Shown here: one piece after another, positions 46,783-58,130 of the stretch
Numbering within the stretch: position 1 is the first letter of the stretch
How the letters are laid out: each line of letters opens with the position of its first letter
Assembly: GCA_000431335.1 (NCBI GenBank)
Contig: FR888021.1
Location: forward strand, 690 to 64,689
Reading direction: 5' to 3'
Length of the DNA: 64,000 nt
Source: Clostridium sp. CAG:343
GTDB lineage: Bacteria > Bacillota > Clostridia > TANB77 > CAG-508
Translations under genes and position numbers: made by a program
Notes under the pieces: model-generated
Told to the model about the DNA's origin: nothing
Seen by the model: only the letters and a program-made list of their open reading frames with translations
Database searches by the model: none

Positions 46783-49009
46783 TTATTTTTTAAACGAAAA
46801 TGTATCAAACAATGTATCTTCTGAATTAGTTCCAATATAAACTTTAAAATCGCCATTTTCTGAATCATATCTCAAATTTTCATCCCAAAACTTAAGCATA
46901 TCTTCACTAATCTCAAAAGTCACTTCTTTTTCTTGCTTTGGCAAAATTACAACTTTTTGAAAAGCTTTTAATTCTTTTACTGGTCTTACAACTTTTGCAA
47001 CTAAATCTTGAATATATAATTGAACAATTTCCTCTCCAATTCTATTGCTATCATTTTTTATTTTTACAGATACTTTTATTTTTGAATCTTTTGTTAATAC
47101 TTTATTACTCAAATTTAAGCAAGAATATATAAATTTTGAATAAGACAATCCATATCCAAAAGGATAATAACTTTCTGTTGGAATATCTTGATAACGCGAA
47201 ACATACCTAACATTGCTCTCATGTGGTCTGCCTGTATTATAATGATTATAATATATAGGACATTGTCCAGTTGCTTGAGGAAAACTCATTGTCAATTTAG
47301 CTGAAGGATTAGCATCTCCAAAAATTATATCTGTAATTGCATTTGCGCCTTCTGTTCCTGGAAACCATGCTTCTAATAATCCATTAACTTTTTCTGAAAT
47401 ATCTCTTAAAACTATTGGTCTTCCATTAAACATAATAGCAACTATTTTTTTATTTAATTTAGCAAGTTCATTTAATAATCTTTTTTGTATATTAGAAATA
47501 TCAATATTAGCTCTCGAACAAGCCTCTCCACTTTGCCTATAATGTTCACCTATTGCTAAAACAATAACATCTGCTTGCTTAGCAGCTTCTTTTGCTTCTT
47601 TTAAATACTGTGTTAATTTTTCTTCTTCATTTTCTGTATGAATCATTGTTCCTCCATCTGATTGCAAAATTTGATTTATCTCCCTTTCTTCTAGAATTTC
47701 ACTTCCTTTCGCATAAATCACATTTTCTTTTCCTATTTTAGCCTCAAAAGCTTCTTTTAATGTTGTAATTTTAGATTTATCTGAAAACATAGACCATGAA
47801 CCTAATATTGCAATATTATCTGCATATGGTCCAATTAATGCTATTTTCTGTTTATGATTTAATGGTAATATATTATTTTCATTTTTTAGCAGTACAATTG
47901 TTTTTGTTGTTAGTCTTCTTGCTAATTCAAGATTTTCTTTATTTGATAGTAATTCATTTTCCTCTCTGTTATCTATGTTTTTATATGGATTTTCAAATAA
48001 TCCTAATGAATTTTTTAATCTTAAAACTCTTAGAACTGCATCATCAATTAGTTCTTCTGAAACCAGTTTTTCTTCTACAAGTTGTTTTAAATTACCTGCA
48101 TATACATTAGACATCATATCTATATCTACTCCTGCTGTAATCGCTTTGTATGCTGCATCTTTTTTATCTTCTGAAACCCCATGTTTAATTGTCTCTTCTA
48201 TCGCTGAATAATCAGAAATCACTATTCCTTTAAATCCTAATTCATTTCGTAATAAATCTTTTAACAACCATTTATTAACTGTAGCAGGAATTCCATTTAC
48301 AATATTAAATGATGTCATTATCATTTCAGCACCACTATCAATTGCTTCTTTATACGCTGGTAAATAATATTGTCTAAATTCTCTTTGTGACATATCAACC
48401 GTATTATAGTCTCTTCCCGCTTCTACAGCACCATATGCTGCAAAATGCTTAACACATGATATCATTTCTTTCGTTTTTTCAGTTTTAATATCTTTTTGTG
48501 CTTTAATCATAGCTCTAGCAAATACTTGTCCTAAATAAGGATCCTCCCCTCCTATTGATTCCATTACTCTTCCCCATCTTGAATCTCTTACTAAATCTAC
48601 CATTGGTGAAAAATTAACGTCTGCTCCGTGATATTTTTGCTTCTTTTACAGATAATTGAGTACAATCATATACAACTTTGCTATCCCAAGAACAACCTTG
48701 AGCAAGTAGTATCGGTAAAACGGTCTTGTATCCATTTATAATATCTGCCATAAATATTAATGGTATTTTTAATCTATTTTTAGATAAATATTTTTCTTGC
48801 ACTTTTCTTACTTTTTCTGTCCCTACTATATTTAATATAGATCCTACATTATATAGCATTTGTTCAGATAGTTCTAATTCTTTTAGTGGACCTGTTACAA
48901 TATCAATATTATCCATCAAAAAAACTTCTCCGGCAACTTGAATAAGTTGTCCTATCTTTTCCTCTAGTGTCATTTGGTTTAATAGTTCATACAATTTTTC
49001 ATCTTTCAT
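46783..49009 (-). CDS. Glycoside hydrolase family 3 beta-glucosidase (BglX-like), interrupted by a +1 frameshift at in-frame CGG
   Basis: ORFs 48614-49009 and 46783-48603. ..SVKEAKIS / GADVNFSPMVDLVRDSRWGRVMES.. joins when the C of CGG (48628-48626) is skipped. GH3 motifs are present throughout. Confidence 0.85.
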
Positions 49010-50244
49010 ACTCCTACTACCTCTCTTTCTTTTGTAAATCCTAATATTTCTAATCCATTTTTTATATATTTATTTTTCATAAAATATTTCCAAATAAGTC
49101 CTGTAAAATAATTTTCAATCATAATCATGGAAATTCCTTTATCTATTCCTATACATTCTTCTGAATACCAAGTTTTATCAACATCTAAGTTATAAGCATC
49201 TCTAAAACCATATTTGCACCAAAGTTTTGGAAAATTATTATAGTAATTTTCTATTGCTTTTATGCTAAATTCTGGTGTAAACACTATTGAACCTAATGCG
49301 CCACAAGGAGAAATTGTTCCATCATTTTGTTCTTCTAAATCAGAGAGTGCTGGCATCGCTCCAAATCCGCCTGAATACCCTTTTGGTCCTACACATGCAG
49401 TTAATCCCCATGAATTTTCATTAAAAGTTTTAAATTTATTAGCATTATTTATACAATACTCTCTATTTGCAAGTGTTGCTTTTATTGAATTATCAAACCA
49501 ATCTATTCCGTTTTTATCTTTTAGTCCTCTAAAATCAATCCAAGCATGTGAATATTGATATGTAAATAAGGTTCCTCCGTATGTATAAACTATATCTTTT
49601 ATTTTTAAATAATCCATTTTTTCTTTTTTTATCGAATCATACATAATTTTATCTATTGCATATGTTGGTGAAGCTACTCCTAAAACATATAACATCAATT
49701 GTTCTGCATACATATCCCAATGTCCCCAAAAACCTTTTTCTTTAGAATATCCCATATAAAATTGATTAACGCTTTTGTCTGTATACCAATTCCAATTTAT
49801 TCTCTCGTAAAGTGTTTCTGCCTTTTCTTTAATTTCACCTCCAAAATATTCTCCTGCAAGAAGAGCTCCACAAATAAATATTGCCGTATCTATGATAGAA
49901 ACTTCTGATTTCCATTCTCTTTGAGCCGTTTTCATATTAATAAAATGATAAAAAAATCCATTTGTAGATTCCATATTATTTAAAAATGTATCTAATGTTT
50001 TGTTAGTTCTCTCAAAAGCTTTTTTATATGTAATCCAGTTTCTTTCAACTCCTATTACTAATGCTGCAAATCCATAACCTACTGATGCTATACTTGCGAC
50101 TTCTGGTTCTAGCTTACTCTTATCTCTAATTAATCCATAGCCTTTACTATTTTCATTACAATTTGATTCTTTAATAAAAAATTTATAACATCCTTTTAAC
50201 TCTTTTCTTAGAATTTCTTTTCCCTTATATTTTATAAATCTCAT
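49006..50244 (-). CDS. Glucoamylase-like (alpha/alpha)6 glycoside hydrolase (PF10091/GH144-like, possible beta-1,2-glucanase)
   Basis: 412 aa. ATGA overlap with the GH3 gene. Family assignment rests on overall resemblance (..GYGLIRD.., ..FFYHFINM.., ..SWGLTAC..) and the typical GH3 partnership. Confidence 0.5.
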   Translation of the reverse strand: MRFIKYKGKEILRKELKGCYKFFIKESNCNENSKGYGLIRDKSKLEPEVASIASVGYGFAALVIGVERNWITYKKAFERTNKTLDTFLNNMESTNGFFYHFINMKTAQREWKSEVSIIDTAIFICGALLAGEYFGGEIKEKAETLYERINWNWYTDKSVNQFYMGYSKEKGFWGHWDMYAEQLMLYVLGVASPTYAIDKIMYDSIKKEKMDYLKIKDIVYTYGGTLFTYQYSHAWIDFRGLKDKNGIDWFDNSIKATLANREYCINNANKFKTFNENSWGLTACVGPKGYSGGFGAMPALSDLEEQNDGTISPCGALGSIVFTPEFSIKAIENYYNNFPKLWCKYGFRDAYNLDVDKTWYSEECIGIDKGISMIMIENYFTGLIWKYFMKNKYIKNGLEILGFTKEREVVGV

Positions 50245-50422
50245 AAAATCCCTCCTAATAGAATTGTAATATATATTATTTTATATAATCAATGGTAATT
50301 TTTTCTTATATAAAAAAGAGAAATTAAATAATTGAGAAAATATAATAAAATACAATAAAAAGCTAAGGAGTATATCAAAAAATTTCCATTATTTGATATA
50401 CTTTCTTAGCTTTATTTTGGTT

Positions 50423-52426
50423 TTATGATACAGTTACTTTGTTATTTACTATATCACAAATTATTTCTGATGCCCTTTCCACTCCCAAAGCATCACTATT
50501 TATACAAATATCATAATTTGAACTATCTCTCCAATCGTTTTCTGTATAATATTTATAATGATTTGCTCTTAGCTTATCAATTCTATTAATTTCTTTTTTA
50601 GCACTTTCTTTATTTAGTCCATAAAACTTAGTTGCTCTTTCTATTTTATTTTCCATGTCACTATAAACAAATATTTTTAGAACATCTTCTCTATTTCTTA
50701 AAATATAATCAGCACATCTTCCAACAATAACACAAGATTCTTCATCAGCTACTTTTTTTATTAGCTTTGATTCTTTAATAAATAATTCATCTGCATTATT
50801 CAATCCAAAATAGTAGCCATTGTTTAATATTGATAAATTTTCTCTCTTTTGTTCATTTTCTTTAATATATTCTTCAGATAGTCCTGTTTCTTCAGCAATT
50901 TCAGTAATGAATTCTTTGTCATAAAGTTTAATTCCTAGTTTCTCAGCAACTAATTTTCCTATATATCTTCCTCCTGAACCATACTCTCTAGATAATGTAA
51001 TTATAATATGTTTATTTTCATTATTATTTATGTTAGTATCTGCTTTCTTATTTCTTATATTTTTTTCAGTACCGTTTTTTAACTTTCTTACTTCATTAAT
51101 CAATAATATACTAGCTATAATAAAGGCTAATCCATCTGCAAAAGGTCCTGAATATAAAACTCCTTGTATTCCAAACATATGCCCAAACACTACCATAGCA
51201 GGTATTAAAAACAACACTTGTCTAGATAATGATAATATTGCACTCTTTATACTTTTTCCTATTGCTTGGAAGAATATTCCTGAAGGTATTTGTATTCCAT
51301 TACAAATACACAACATTAAATAAGTTCTAAAAGCAATACAAGCAAATTCCATATAATTTTCGTCTCCACTACCAAAGATTGAAATTAATTTATCTGGTAT
51401 TGTTTGAAATAATATAAATGCTATTGTACTAATTATAACACTTAATCCTAAAACTATTTTTAGTGTATCTTTAACTCGTCCAAACTTTCTAGCTCCATAA
51501 TTATATCCTAAAATCGGTTGTGCTCCTGCTGAAATTCCAATAATAATACTATTTAATATTTGACTTATTTTCATAACAATTCCTAATACTGTTATTGGTA
51601 TTTCTGAACCAAATTTTGATTCTCCTCCGTATTTCTTTAATAAATTGTTCTCAAATGCTATAACTAAAACAATGCTCATTTGTGTTATAAAACTACTAAT
51701 TCCAAGTGCAGATACTTTTAATGCTACATTTAATTTAAGTTTAAATGATTTTTTATTTAATTTAATTGACTGGAATTTTTTAATATATAAAATATTTATA
51801 ACAAATGTTACTATTTGACTAATTACAGTTGCTATAGCTGCTCCTTCTACTCCTTTTTTTAAAGCAAAAATAAAAATAGGGTCTAAAATAACATTTAAAA
51901 TTGCTCCTATGACCATAGATGTCATAGCATATTTGGGTTTTCCATCTGCTCTTATCATAGAGTTTAAAGTAGTTCCTATTATCATAAATGGTAGACCCAC
52001 TCCTATAATTCGTCCATAAGATAAAGCGTAACTCATAAACTCATCTGTACAACCAAATACATTTAATAATGTTGGTAAAAATAATTCTATAATAGTAAAT
52101 AAAATTATAGATATTATCACTGATAAACTAATACCATTTCCAATTCCTTTTGCAGCTTCTTCATTTTTCTTTTGCCCCAACTTAAGGCTTAAATAAGCAG
52201 ATGCTCCATCTCCAAACATTAATGCAAATGCTAGACATATCATAGTTAGTGGAAATACAACATTTGTTGCACCATTTCCTAAATATCCAACACCCCATCC
52301 AATAAAAATTTGGTCAACTATATTATATAGAGAATTTACTAATAATGATATTATACATGGTATTGAAAATTTGCGAATTAATTTTCCTATTTTTTCATAT
52401 CCTAAAATATTTTCTTCTTTTTCCAT
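50423..52426 (-). CDS. MATE-family efflux transporter fused to a cytidylate-kinase-like (PF13189-type) domain
   Basis: About 450 aa with 12 TM in a MATE pattern (..NSLYNIVDQIFIG..). Then a linker and ..IITLSREYGSGGRYIGKLVAEKLGIKLYDKEFI.. in a single 667 aa ORF. Confidence 0.7.
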   Translation of the reverse strand: MEKEENILGYEKIGKLIRKFSIPCIISLLVNSLYNIVDQIFIGWGVGYLGNGATNVVFPLTMICLAFALMFGDGASAYLSLKLGQKKNEEAAKGIGNGISLSVIISIILFTIIELFLPTLLNVFGCTDEFMSYALSYGRIIGVGLPFMIIGTTLNSMIRADGKPKYAMTSMVIGAILNVILDPIFIFALKKGVEGAAIATVISQIVTFVINILYIKKFQSIKLNKKSFKLKLNVALKVSALGISSFITQMSIVLVIAFENNLLKKYGGESKFGSEIPITVLGIVMKISQILNSIIIGISAGAQPILGYNYGARKFGRVKDTLKIVLGLSVIISTIAFILFQTIPDKLISIFGSGDENYMEFACIAFRTYLMLCICNGIQIPSGIFFQAIGKSIKSAILSLSRQVLFLIPAMVVFGHMFGIQGVLYSGPFADGLAFIIASILLINEVRKLKNGTEKNIRNKKADTNINNNENKHIIITLSREYGSGGRYIGKLVAEKLGIKLYDKEFITEIAEETGLSEEYIKENEQKRENLSILNNGYYFGLNNADELFIKESKLIKKVADEESCVIVGRCADYILRNREDVLKIFVYSDMENKIERATKFYGLNKESAKKEINRIDKLRANHYKYYTENDWRDSSNYDICINSDALGVERASEIICDIVNNKVTVS

Positions 52427-52541
52427 TTTTATTTCCTCCTTTTGTGTATTTTTCGCAATAAAAAGACAACACTATATATGTGTTGCTTTTTTGCTTATTC
52501 AGCATACATATTTTATTATTTTTATGTATTTTTGTCAAGAA

Positions 52542-55148
52542 TTATTTCATTTTTTCTTTTATACGAACCAATGTATTTAAAGCATCTATAGGTGTTAATT
52601 CATTTAAATTAACTTTATCAATTTCATGTGCAATCTCTGCTAATTTATAATTATACATATCAAATTGACCTTCTACCTGCTTTTTATCTTGTTTTTTTCC
52701 TGTTAATATGTTCTTTTTTTCTAAAGAACGTAAGATTTCATTTGCTTTTTGTGTTACCACTTTTGGAACTCCTGCTAATCTAGCCACATGAATTCCATAG
52801 CTTTCATCTGTCCCACCTCTTACAATTTTTCTTAAGAAAATAATATCTTCTCCTTTTTCTTTAACTGCTATTGAATAATTTTTAATTCCTTCTATTTTAT
52901 TTTCTAATTCAGTCAATTCATGATAATGAGTAGCAAATAAAGTTTTAGCTCCACATTTTTGTTTATCTGCAATATATTCCGCTACTGCCCAAGCAATAGA
53001 TAATCCGTCATATGTTGAAGTTCCTCTTCCTATTTCGTCTAATATAACCAAACTATTAGGTGTTGCTTCTTTTAATATAGTCGCTACTTCCATCATCTCT
53101 ACCATAAATGTACTTTGTCCCATACTTAAATCATCTGATGCCCCTACTCTTGTAAAAATTTTATCTACAACTCCAATATTAGCTGATTCAGCTGGTACAA
53201 AACTTCCACACTGAGCCATCAAAGTAATTAATGCAACTTGTCTCATATATGTAGATTTACCTGCCATATTAGGACCTGTAATAATAGATAGTCTATTATC
53301 TCCTTTGTCTAAAAATGTATCATTTTCAACAAAAACTCCCTCACCTAATATCTTTTCTATAACAGGATGTCTACCATTTTTTATATCAATTGTTCCTGAT
53401 GAATCTACTACAGGCATGCAATAATTAAAATCTTCTGCAACCTGCGCAAAAGATGTTAATACATCTAAACTTGAAATAACTTCACTCGTTGTTTGAAGTC
53501 TTGTTACATTTTTAGATATTTCTTCTCTAATTTCAACAAATGCATTATATTCAAGATTTATTACCTTTTCCTCTGCTCCTAATATTTGATTTTCTAAGTT
53601 TTTCAAATCTTCTGTTATATATCTTTCAGCATTAGTTAATGTTTGTTTTCTTATAAATCTATCTGGTACTTGATCTAAATAAGATTTAGTTACTTCAATA
53701 AAATATCCAAAAACCTTATTAAAACCAATTTTTAAATTCTTAATTCCTGTCTTTTCTTTTTCTTCTGCTTCTAATTGAACAAGCCATGTTTTTCCTTCTG
53801 TTTGTGCTGTTTTTAATTTATCAATTTCTTCATCATATCCTAATTTGATTATTCCACCATCTTTTATTGTCATAGGTGGATCTTCTACAATTGATTTTTC
53901 TATTAATTGATATATATCTTGAAGTTCGTCTAATTTTTCATATAATCCTTTAAGTAAATCTGATTTACAATTTTTCAATATTTGCTTTACTTCTGGCAAT
54001 TTAAATAAAGAATTTTTTAATGTAACCATATCTCTAGCATTAGCATTTCCATAGGCCATTTTTCCCGCAAGTCTTTCAATATCATATACCTTTTTAAGAT
54101 TTTCTATTACCTCGCCTCTTAGAATAATATCGTCTTTTAATTCTTTTACTGCATTTAATCTTCTATTTATTTCATCCACATCCACTAGTGGATCATTTAA
54201 CCATCTTCTTAATAACCTTCCTCCCATAGAAGTAGAAGTTTTATCAAGTACCCAAAGTAAAGTTCCTTTTTTAGATTTATCTCTCATTTTTTCTGTTATT
54301 TCTAGATTTCTTCTAGCATTAATATCTAAAGCCATATATTTTGAAAGATTATATATTGTTATTTTATTAATATGATCTAAACTTGTTTTTTGTGTGTCCT
54401 CTATATATTGAACTAATGCATTTATTGAACTTAATGCTAATTTTTTCTCAGCTAAATTCTCAATTTTTCTTTCATTATTATCTACTACATTAAATCTTAA
54501 ATTTACATTATTTAATTCTTCTGAGAAAAATTTATCATTAAACTTTGTTATATACACATTTTCAAATCTTTCTTTAATTTTGTTCATTTCATCTAAACAA
54601 TTAGCCATCATAGAATTTATTACTAACTCTGATGGTGTATATCTTGCAATTTCATCTAATAATATTGGAAAGTTATTGTTGTCTTTAATTTCTGCAGAAT
54701 AAAATTCTCCTGTAGAGATATCACATATGCTTATTCCAAAATATATTCCTGTTTTATATATAGACATAATATAGTTGTTTTTTCTTTCTTCCAACATATT
54801 ACTCTCAACCAATGTACCTGGTGTTACAACTCTAATAACACCTCTTTTTACAATTCCTTTAGTTGTTTTTGGATCTTCTAATTGTTCACATATTGCAACT
54901 TTATATCCTTTGTTAATTAATCTTGAAACATAAATCTCTGCAGCATGATGAGGGATTCCACACATAGGTGCTCTTTCTTCTTGTCCGCAATCCTTTCCTG
55001 TCAACGTCAATTCTAATTCTCTAGATGCTGTAATTGCATCTTCAAAAAACATCTCATAAAAATCCCCTAAACGATAAAATAAGATACAATCTTTATATTC
55101 TTCTTTTGTTTCAAGGTACCTTTGCATCATAGGTGAAAATTCTGCCAT
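52542..55148 (-). CDS. mutS: DNA mismatch repair protein MutS
   Basis: 868 aa. ..TPMMQRYLETKEEY.., Walker A GPNMAGKST, ..DEIGRGTSTYDG.. Confidence 0.95.
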   Translation of the reverse strand: MAEFSPMMQRYLETKEEYKDCILFYRLGDFYEMFFEDAITASRELELTLTGKDCGQEERAPMCGIPHHAAEIYVSRLINKGYKVAICEQLEDPKTTKGIVKRGVIRVVTPGTLVESNMLEERKNNYIMSIYKTGIYFGISICDISTGEFYSAEIKDNNNFPILLDEIARYTPSELVINSMMANCLDEMNKIKERFENVYITKFNDKFFSEELNNVNLRFNVVDNNERKIENLAEKKLALSSINALVQYIEDTQKTSLDHINKITIYNLSKYMALDINARRNLEITEKMRDKSKKGTLLWVLDKTSTSMGGRLLRRWLNDPLVDVDEINRRLNAVKELKDDIILRGEVIENLKKVYDIERLAGKMAYGNANARDMVTLKNSLFKLPEVKQILKNCKSDLLKGLYEKLDELQDIYQLIEKSIVEDPPMTIKDGGIIKLGYDEEIDKLKTAQTEGKTWLVQLEAEEKEKTGIKNLKIGFNKVFGYFIEVTKSYLDQVPDRFIRKQTLTNAERYITEDLKNLENQILGAEEKVINLEYNAFVEIREEISKNVTRLQTTSEVISSLDVLTSFAQVAEDFNYCMPVVDSSGTIDIKNGRHPVIEKILGEGVFVENDTFLDKGDNRLSIITGPNMAGKSTYMRQVALITLMAQCGSFVPAESANIGVVDKIFTRVGASDDLSMGQSTFMVEMMEVATILKEATPNSLVILDEIGRGTSTYDGLSIAWAVAEYIADKQKCGAKTLFATHYHELTELENKIEGIKNYSIAVKEKGEDIIFLRKIVRGGTDESYGIHVARLAGVPKVVTQKANEILRSLEKKNILTGKKQDKKQVEGQFDMYNYKLAEIAHEIDKVNLNELTPIDALNTLVRIKEKMK

Positions 55149-55221
55149 TTTTTATTTCCTTTCTTATAATTATATTTTTTAGTTTTTAAACCTAAAATTT
55201 TAATAAATCTTTTTATTTAAA

Positions 55222-56640
55222 CTATTTTAATATCTCACCTTTTAAATACCACATATGTTGTGAAATAATTTTAATATTTATTATTTTGTCAATTAGCTCT
55301 TTTGAGCCCTCAAAAATAACTACTTTATTACTCTCTGTTCTTCCAGATAGCATATTAGAATTATTCTTGCTTTCTCCTTCTACTAATATTTTTTGTGTTG
55401 TACCAATATATTTTTTATTATTTTCTTCTATCTGACTTTCAACTAAAGCCTTTAGCTTATCAAATCTTTTATGTTTTATATCTTCTGGAATTTGATTTTG
55501 CATCTTATCACCAGGTGTGCCAACTCTTCTTGAATAAATAAACATATAGACTTGTTCAAATCTTACTTTTTCTACTACTTCTAAAGTATCTTCAAATTCT
55601 TCATCAGTCTCTCCTGGAAATCCTACAATAATATCAGTAGATAATGTTAAATTTGGTATTTTATTTTTCATTTTTTCTACTAAATTTAAATATTGTTCTT
55701 TTGTATATTTCCTATTCATTTCTTTTAATACTTTTGTATTTCCAGATTGAAGTGGTAAGTGAACTAATTTACAAACTTTTTCACAATCTGCTATTGCCTC
55801 TATTACATCATCTGTAAAATCTTTTGGATGTGGTGATATAAATCTAATTCTTTCAATTCCATCTATTTTATTTATTGCTCTAAGTAATGTAGCAAAAGAA
55901 TTTACTCCTTGATATTCTTCAAATGGAATATTTTTTTCACGCTCAACTCTTAAATATGAATTTACATTTTGTCCTAATAATGTAATTTCTTTATATCCTT
56001 CTTTAGCTAATTTTTTTACTTCCTCTATAATGTCACGTGGCTGTCTACTTCTTTCTCTTCCCCTAACATAAGGGACAATACAATAACTACAAAAATTATT
56101 ACATCCATTCATAATAGTTACAGAAGCTTTTATCTTACTGTCTCTTTTTATTGGTAATCCTTCATAAATTTTTCCATCAATATCAAGTATATCTTCTAAT
56201 TTTCTCTTTTCTTCAATTACTTTATATAAATCTTCTGGAAATTTGTGTAGTGTATGTGTTCCAAATAAAATATCAACAAATGGATAACTTTCTTTTATTT
56301 TGTCTGTTATATGTTTTTCTTGCATCATACATCCACCAATTGCAATAATAATTCCTTTTTGTTCTTTTAGTCTTTTTAATTCTCCCAATTTTCCAAATAA
56401 TTTATCTTCAGCATTTTCTCTAACGCAACATGTATTGAATAATGACAAATCTGCGTCATTTTGTTTTTCTGTCTTTGTATATCCCATTTTTTCTAACATA
56501 CCACATAACTTTTCTGAATCATTTTCATTTAATTGGCACCCCATTGTTAAAATGGTATATTTTAAATTTTTATCTTGATTTATTTTTTTTACTTTCTTTA
56601 TATATTCTTCTTGTAATTTTATTTCGTTTGATGTGTCCAT
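55222..56640 (-). CDS. miaB: tRNA (N6-isopentenyl-A37) methylthiotransferase MiaB
   Basis: UPF0004 N-domain (..TMGCQLNENDSE..), radical-SAM CNNFCSYC, C-terminal TRAM domain. Confidence 0.9.
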   Translation of the reverse strand: MDTSNEIKLQEEYIKKVKKINQDKNLKYTILTMGCQLNENDSEKLCGMLEKMGYTKTEKQNDADLSLFNTCCVRENAEDKLFGKLGELKRLKEQKGIIIAIGGCMMQEKHITDKIKESYPFVDILFGTHTLHKFPEDLYKVIEEKRKLEDILDIDGKIYEGLPIKRDSKIKASVTIMNGCNNFCSYCIVPYVRGRERSRQPRDIIEEVKKLAKEGYKEITLLGQNVNSYLRVEREKNIPFEEYQGVNSFATLLRAINKIDGIERIRFISPHPKDFTDDVIEAIADCEKVCKLVHLPLQSGNTKVLKEMNRKYTKEQYLNLVEKMKNKIPNLTLSTDIIVGFPGETDEEFEDTLEVVEKVRFEQVYMFIYSRRVGTPGDKMQNQIPEDIKHKRFDKLKALVESQIEENNKKYIGTTQKILVEGESKNNSNMLSGRTESNKVVIFEGSKELIDKIINIKIISQHMWYLKGEILK

Positions 56641-56720
56641 TTAGCCCTCCTTATTTAATCTAAAGTCATTATTTTGCTTTTTTATTTTATTACATTTTGT
56701 CGTATTTTGCAAGAAAAAAA

Positions 56721-56753
56721 TAAGGATAAAAGCTTTTTTTACTTTTATCCTTA
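56721..56753 (-). terminator. Rho-independent terminator after rpmE
   Basis: 12 bp stem TAAGGATAAAAG/CTTTTATCCTTA with a T-run on the minus strand. Confidence 0.65.
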
Positions 56754-56761
56754 TTTCTGTC

Positions 56762-56962
56762 TTATGCAAGACCATATTTTTTCTTAAATTTATCTGCTCT
56801 ACCTCCAGCTGTCTCTTGTCTTAAATTACCTGTCCAATATGGATGGCATTTTGAGCATACATCTACTTTTAAATCTTTTTTAGTTGACCCAACTTCTAAA
56901 ACATTACCACATGCGCATGTAATAGTTGTTTGGTTGTATTGTGGTTGTATCTCTGTTTTCAT
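56762..56962 (-). CDS. rpmE: 50S ribosomal protein L31 (type A, Cys-containing)
   Basis: MKTEIQPQY..ITCACG..CSKCHPYWTG. Confidence 0.9.
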   Translation of the reverse strand: MKTEIQPQYNQTTITCACGNVLEVGSTKKDLKVDVCSKCHPYWTGNLRQETAGGRADKFKKKYGLA

Positions 56963-57350
56963 CTATGTTCACCTCTTTCTTGACTTAAATAACATGACTG
57001 TTTTTTATCATAGCATATTTATTAATTTTTTTCAAGTCTTTCAAATTATTTTGTTTGGTTTTTTTCTTCTTGATTATGCATAAATTCTGCTGAATATATC
57101 ATTTCTTTGTTTAAAGATAATTTATTTACTAATTTACTCATTATATTAAATACACATGCTATTATTAATATTAGCATTCCTATCTTTTTCCAATATTTTG
57201 CAAGCATATCCTTTTTCTCCTTTTTTTAGTTTGCATATTAATTATACTTTTATTTTTATAAATTGTCAATATTTGTTTTTTGTAAGTTTTCATTATAAAA
57301 AATATATAATAAATTTATTTTTTTTGGTTAGACTAAAACTGGTGATATTT

Positions 57351-58048
57351 ATGAAGAAAAAAAATTTAATTATATTAGTAATAATTATTATATTTTTAAT
57401 TGTTGGAGGAATTTGCTATTATTTTTTCTTCCAACCTAAAAATAATGATAAAAATAGCTATGATGCTACTAAAACATCAGCAAATAAATCTGAAGAACGG
57501 TAACACTTCTAATACAGAAGAAATTAATAATACTTCTTCTGGCGAAAACAATAATACACCTGAAAATACTAGTAGTTCATCAACCCCTGTAGAAAAAACG
57601 CTTGCTACTTTTTCTACTAAAATCTATTCAAAAGATTCTGCTAGACAAAATAATATTAAAATTACTTGTAACTCATTAAATAACACAACTGTAAAAAACG
57701 GCTCAACATTTTCTTTTTGTAATACTGTTGGACAAGCTACCTCAGCTAAAGGATATCAAAAAGCTGATATTTTTGATAAAGATGGAAATAAGAAAAAAGG
57801 ATTAGGCCGGAGGTAATTGTCAAGTTAGCAGTACTTTATATAATGCAGTATTAGCTGTTTCAAGTCTAGTGGTAACAGAAAGACATGAGCATAGTAATAA
57901 GGTTCCTTATGTACAAAAAGGAAAAGATGCAGCTGTAGCCTATGGTAGTTATGATTTTAAATTTAGAAATAATTCCGGACACGACATAAAAATTACTTGT
58001 TCAACCGATGGAAAAAATGTTACAACCACTTTAATTAGTTTACAATAA
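57351..58048 (+). CDS. VanW-family protein, interrupted by two +1 frameshifts at in-frame CGG codons
   Basis: Three frames join into MKKKNLIILV..ANKSEE / GNTSNTEE..KKGLG / GGNCQVSSTLYNAVLAVSSLVVTERHEHSNKVPYV..DAAVAYGSYDFKFRN... CGG at 57498-57500 (followed by TAA) and at 57808-57810. Confidence 0.75.
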
Positions 58049-58130
58049 ATTAAATTTTAAAATTTCCCTTTATTAGCATATTAAAAAATATACTAGAATA
58101 TATTTTTAATATCAATTGGAGGGATTTTTT

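Noticed and set aside
57070-57152. 31 aa minus-strand mini-ORF upstream of rpmE
   Set aside because: It is too short, with no RBS or conservation evidence available.
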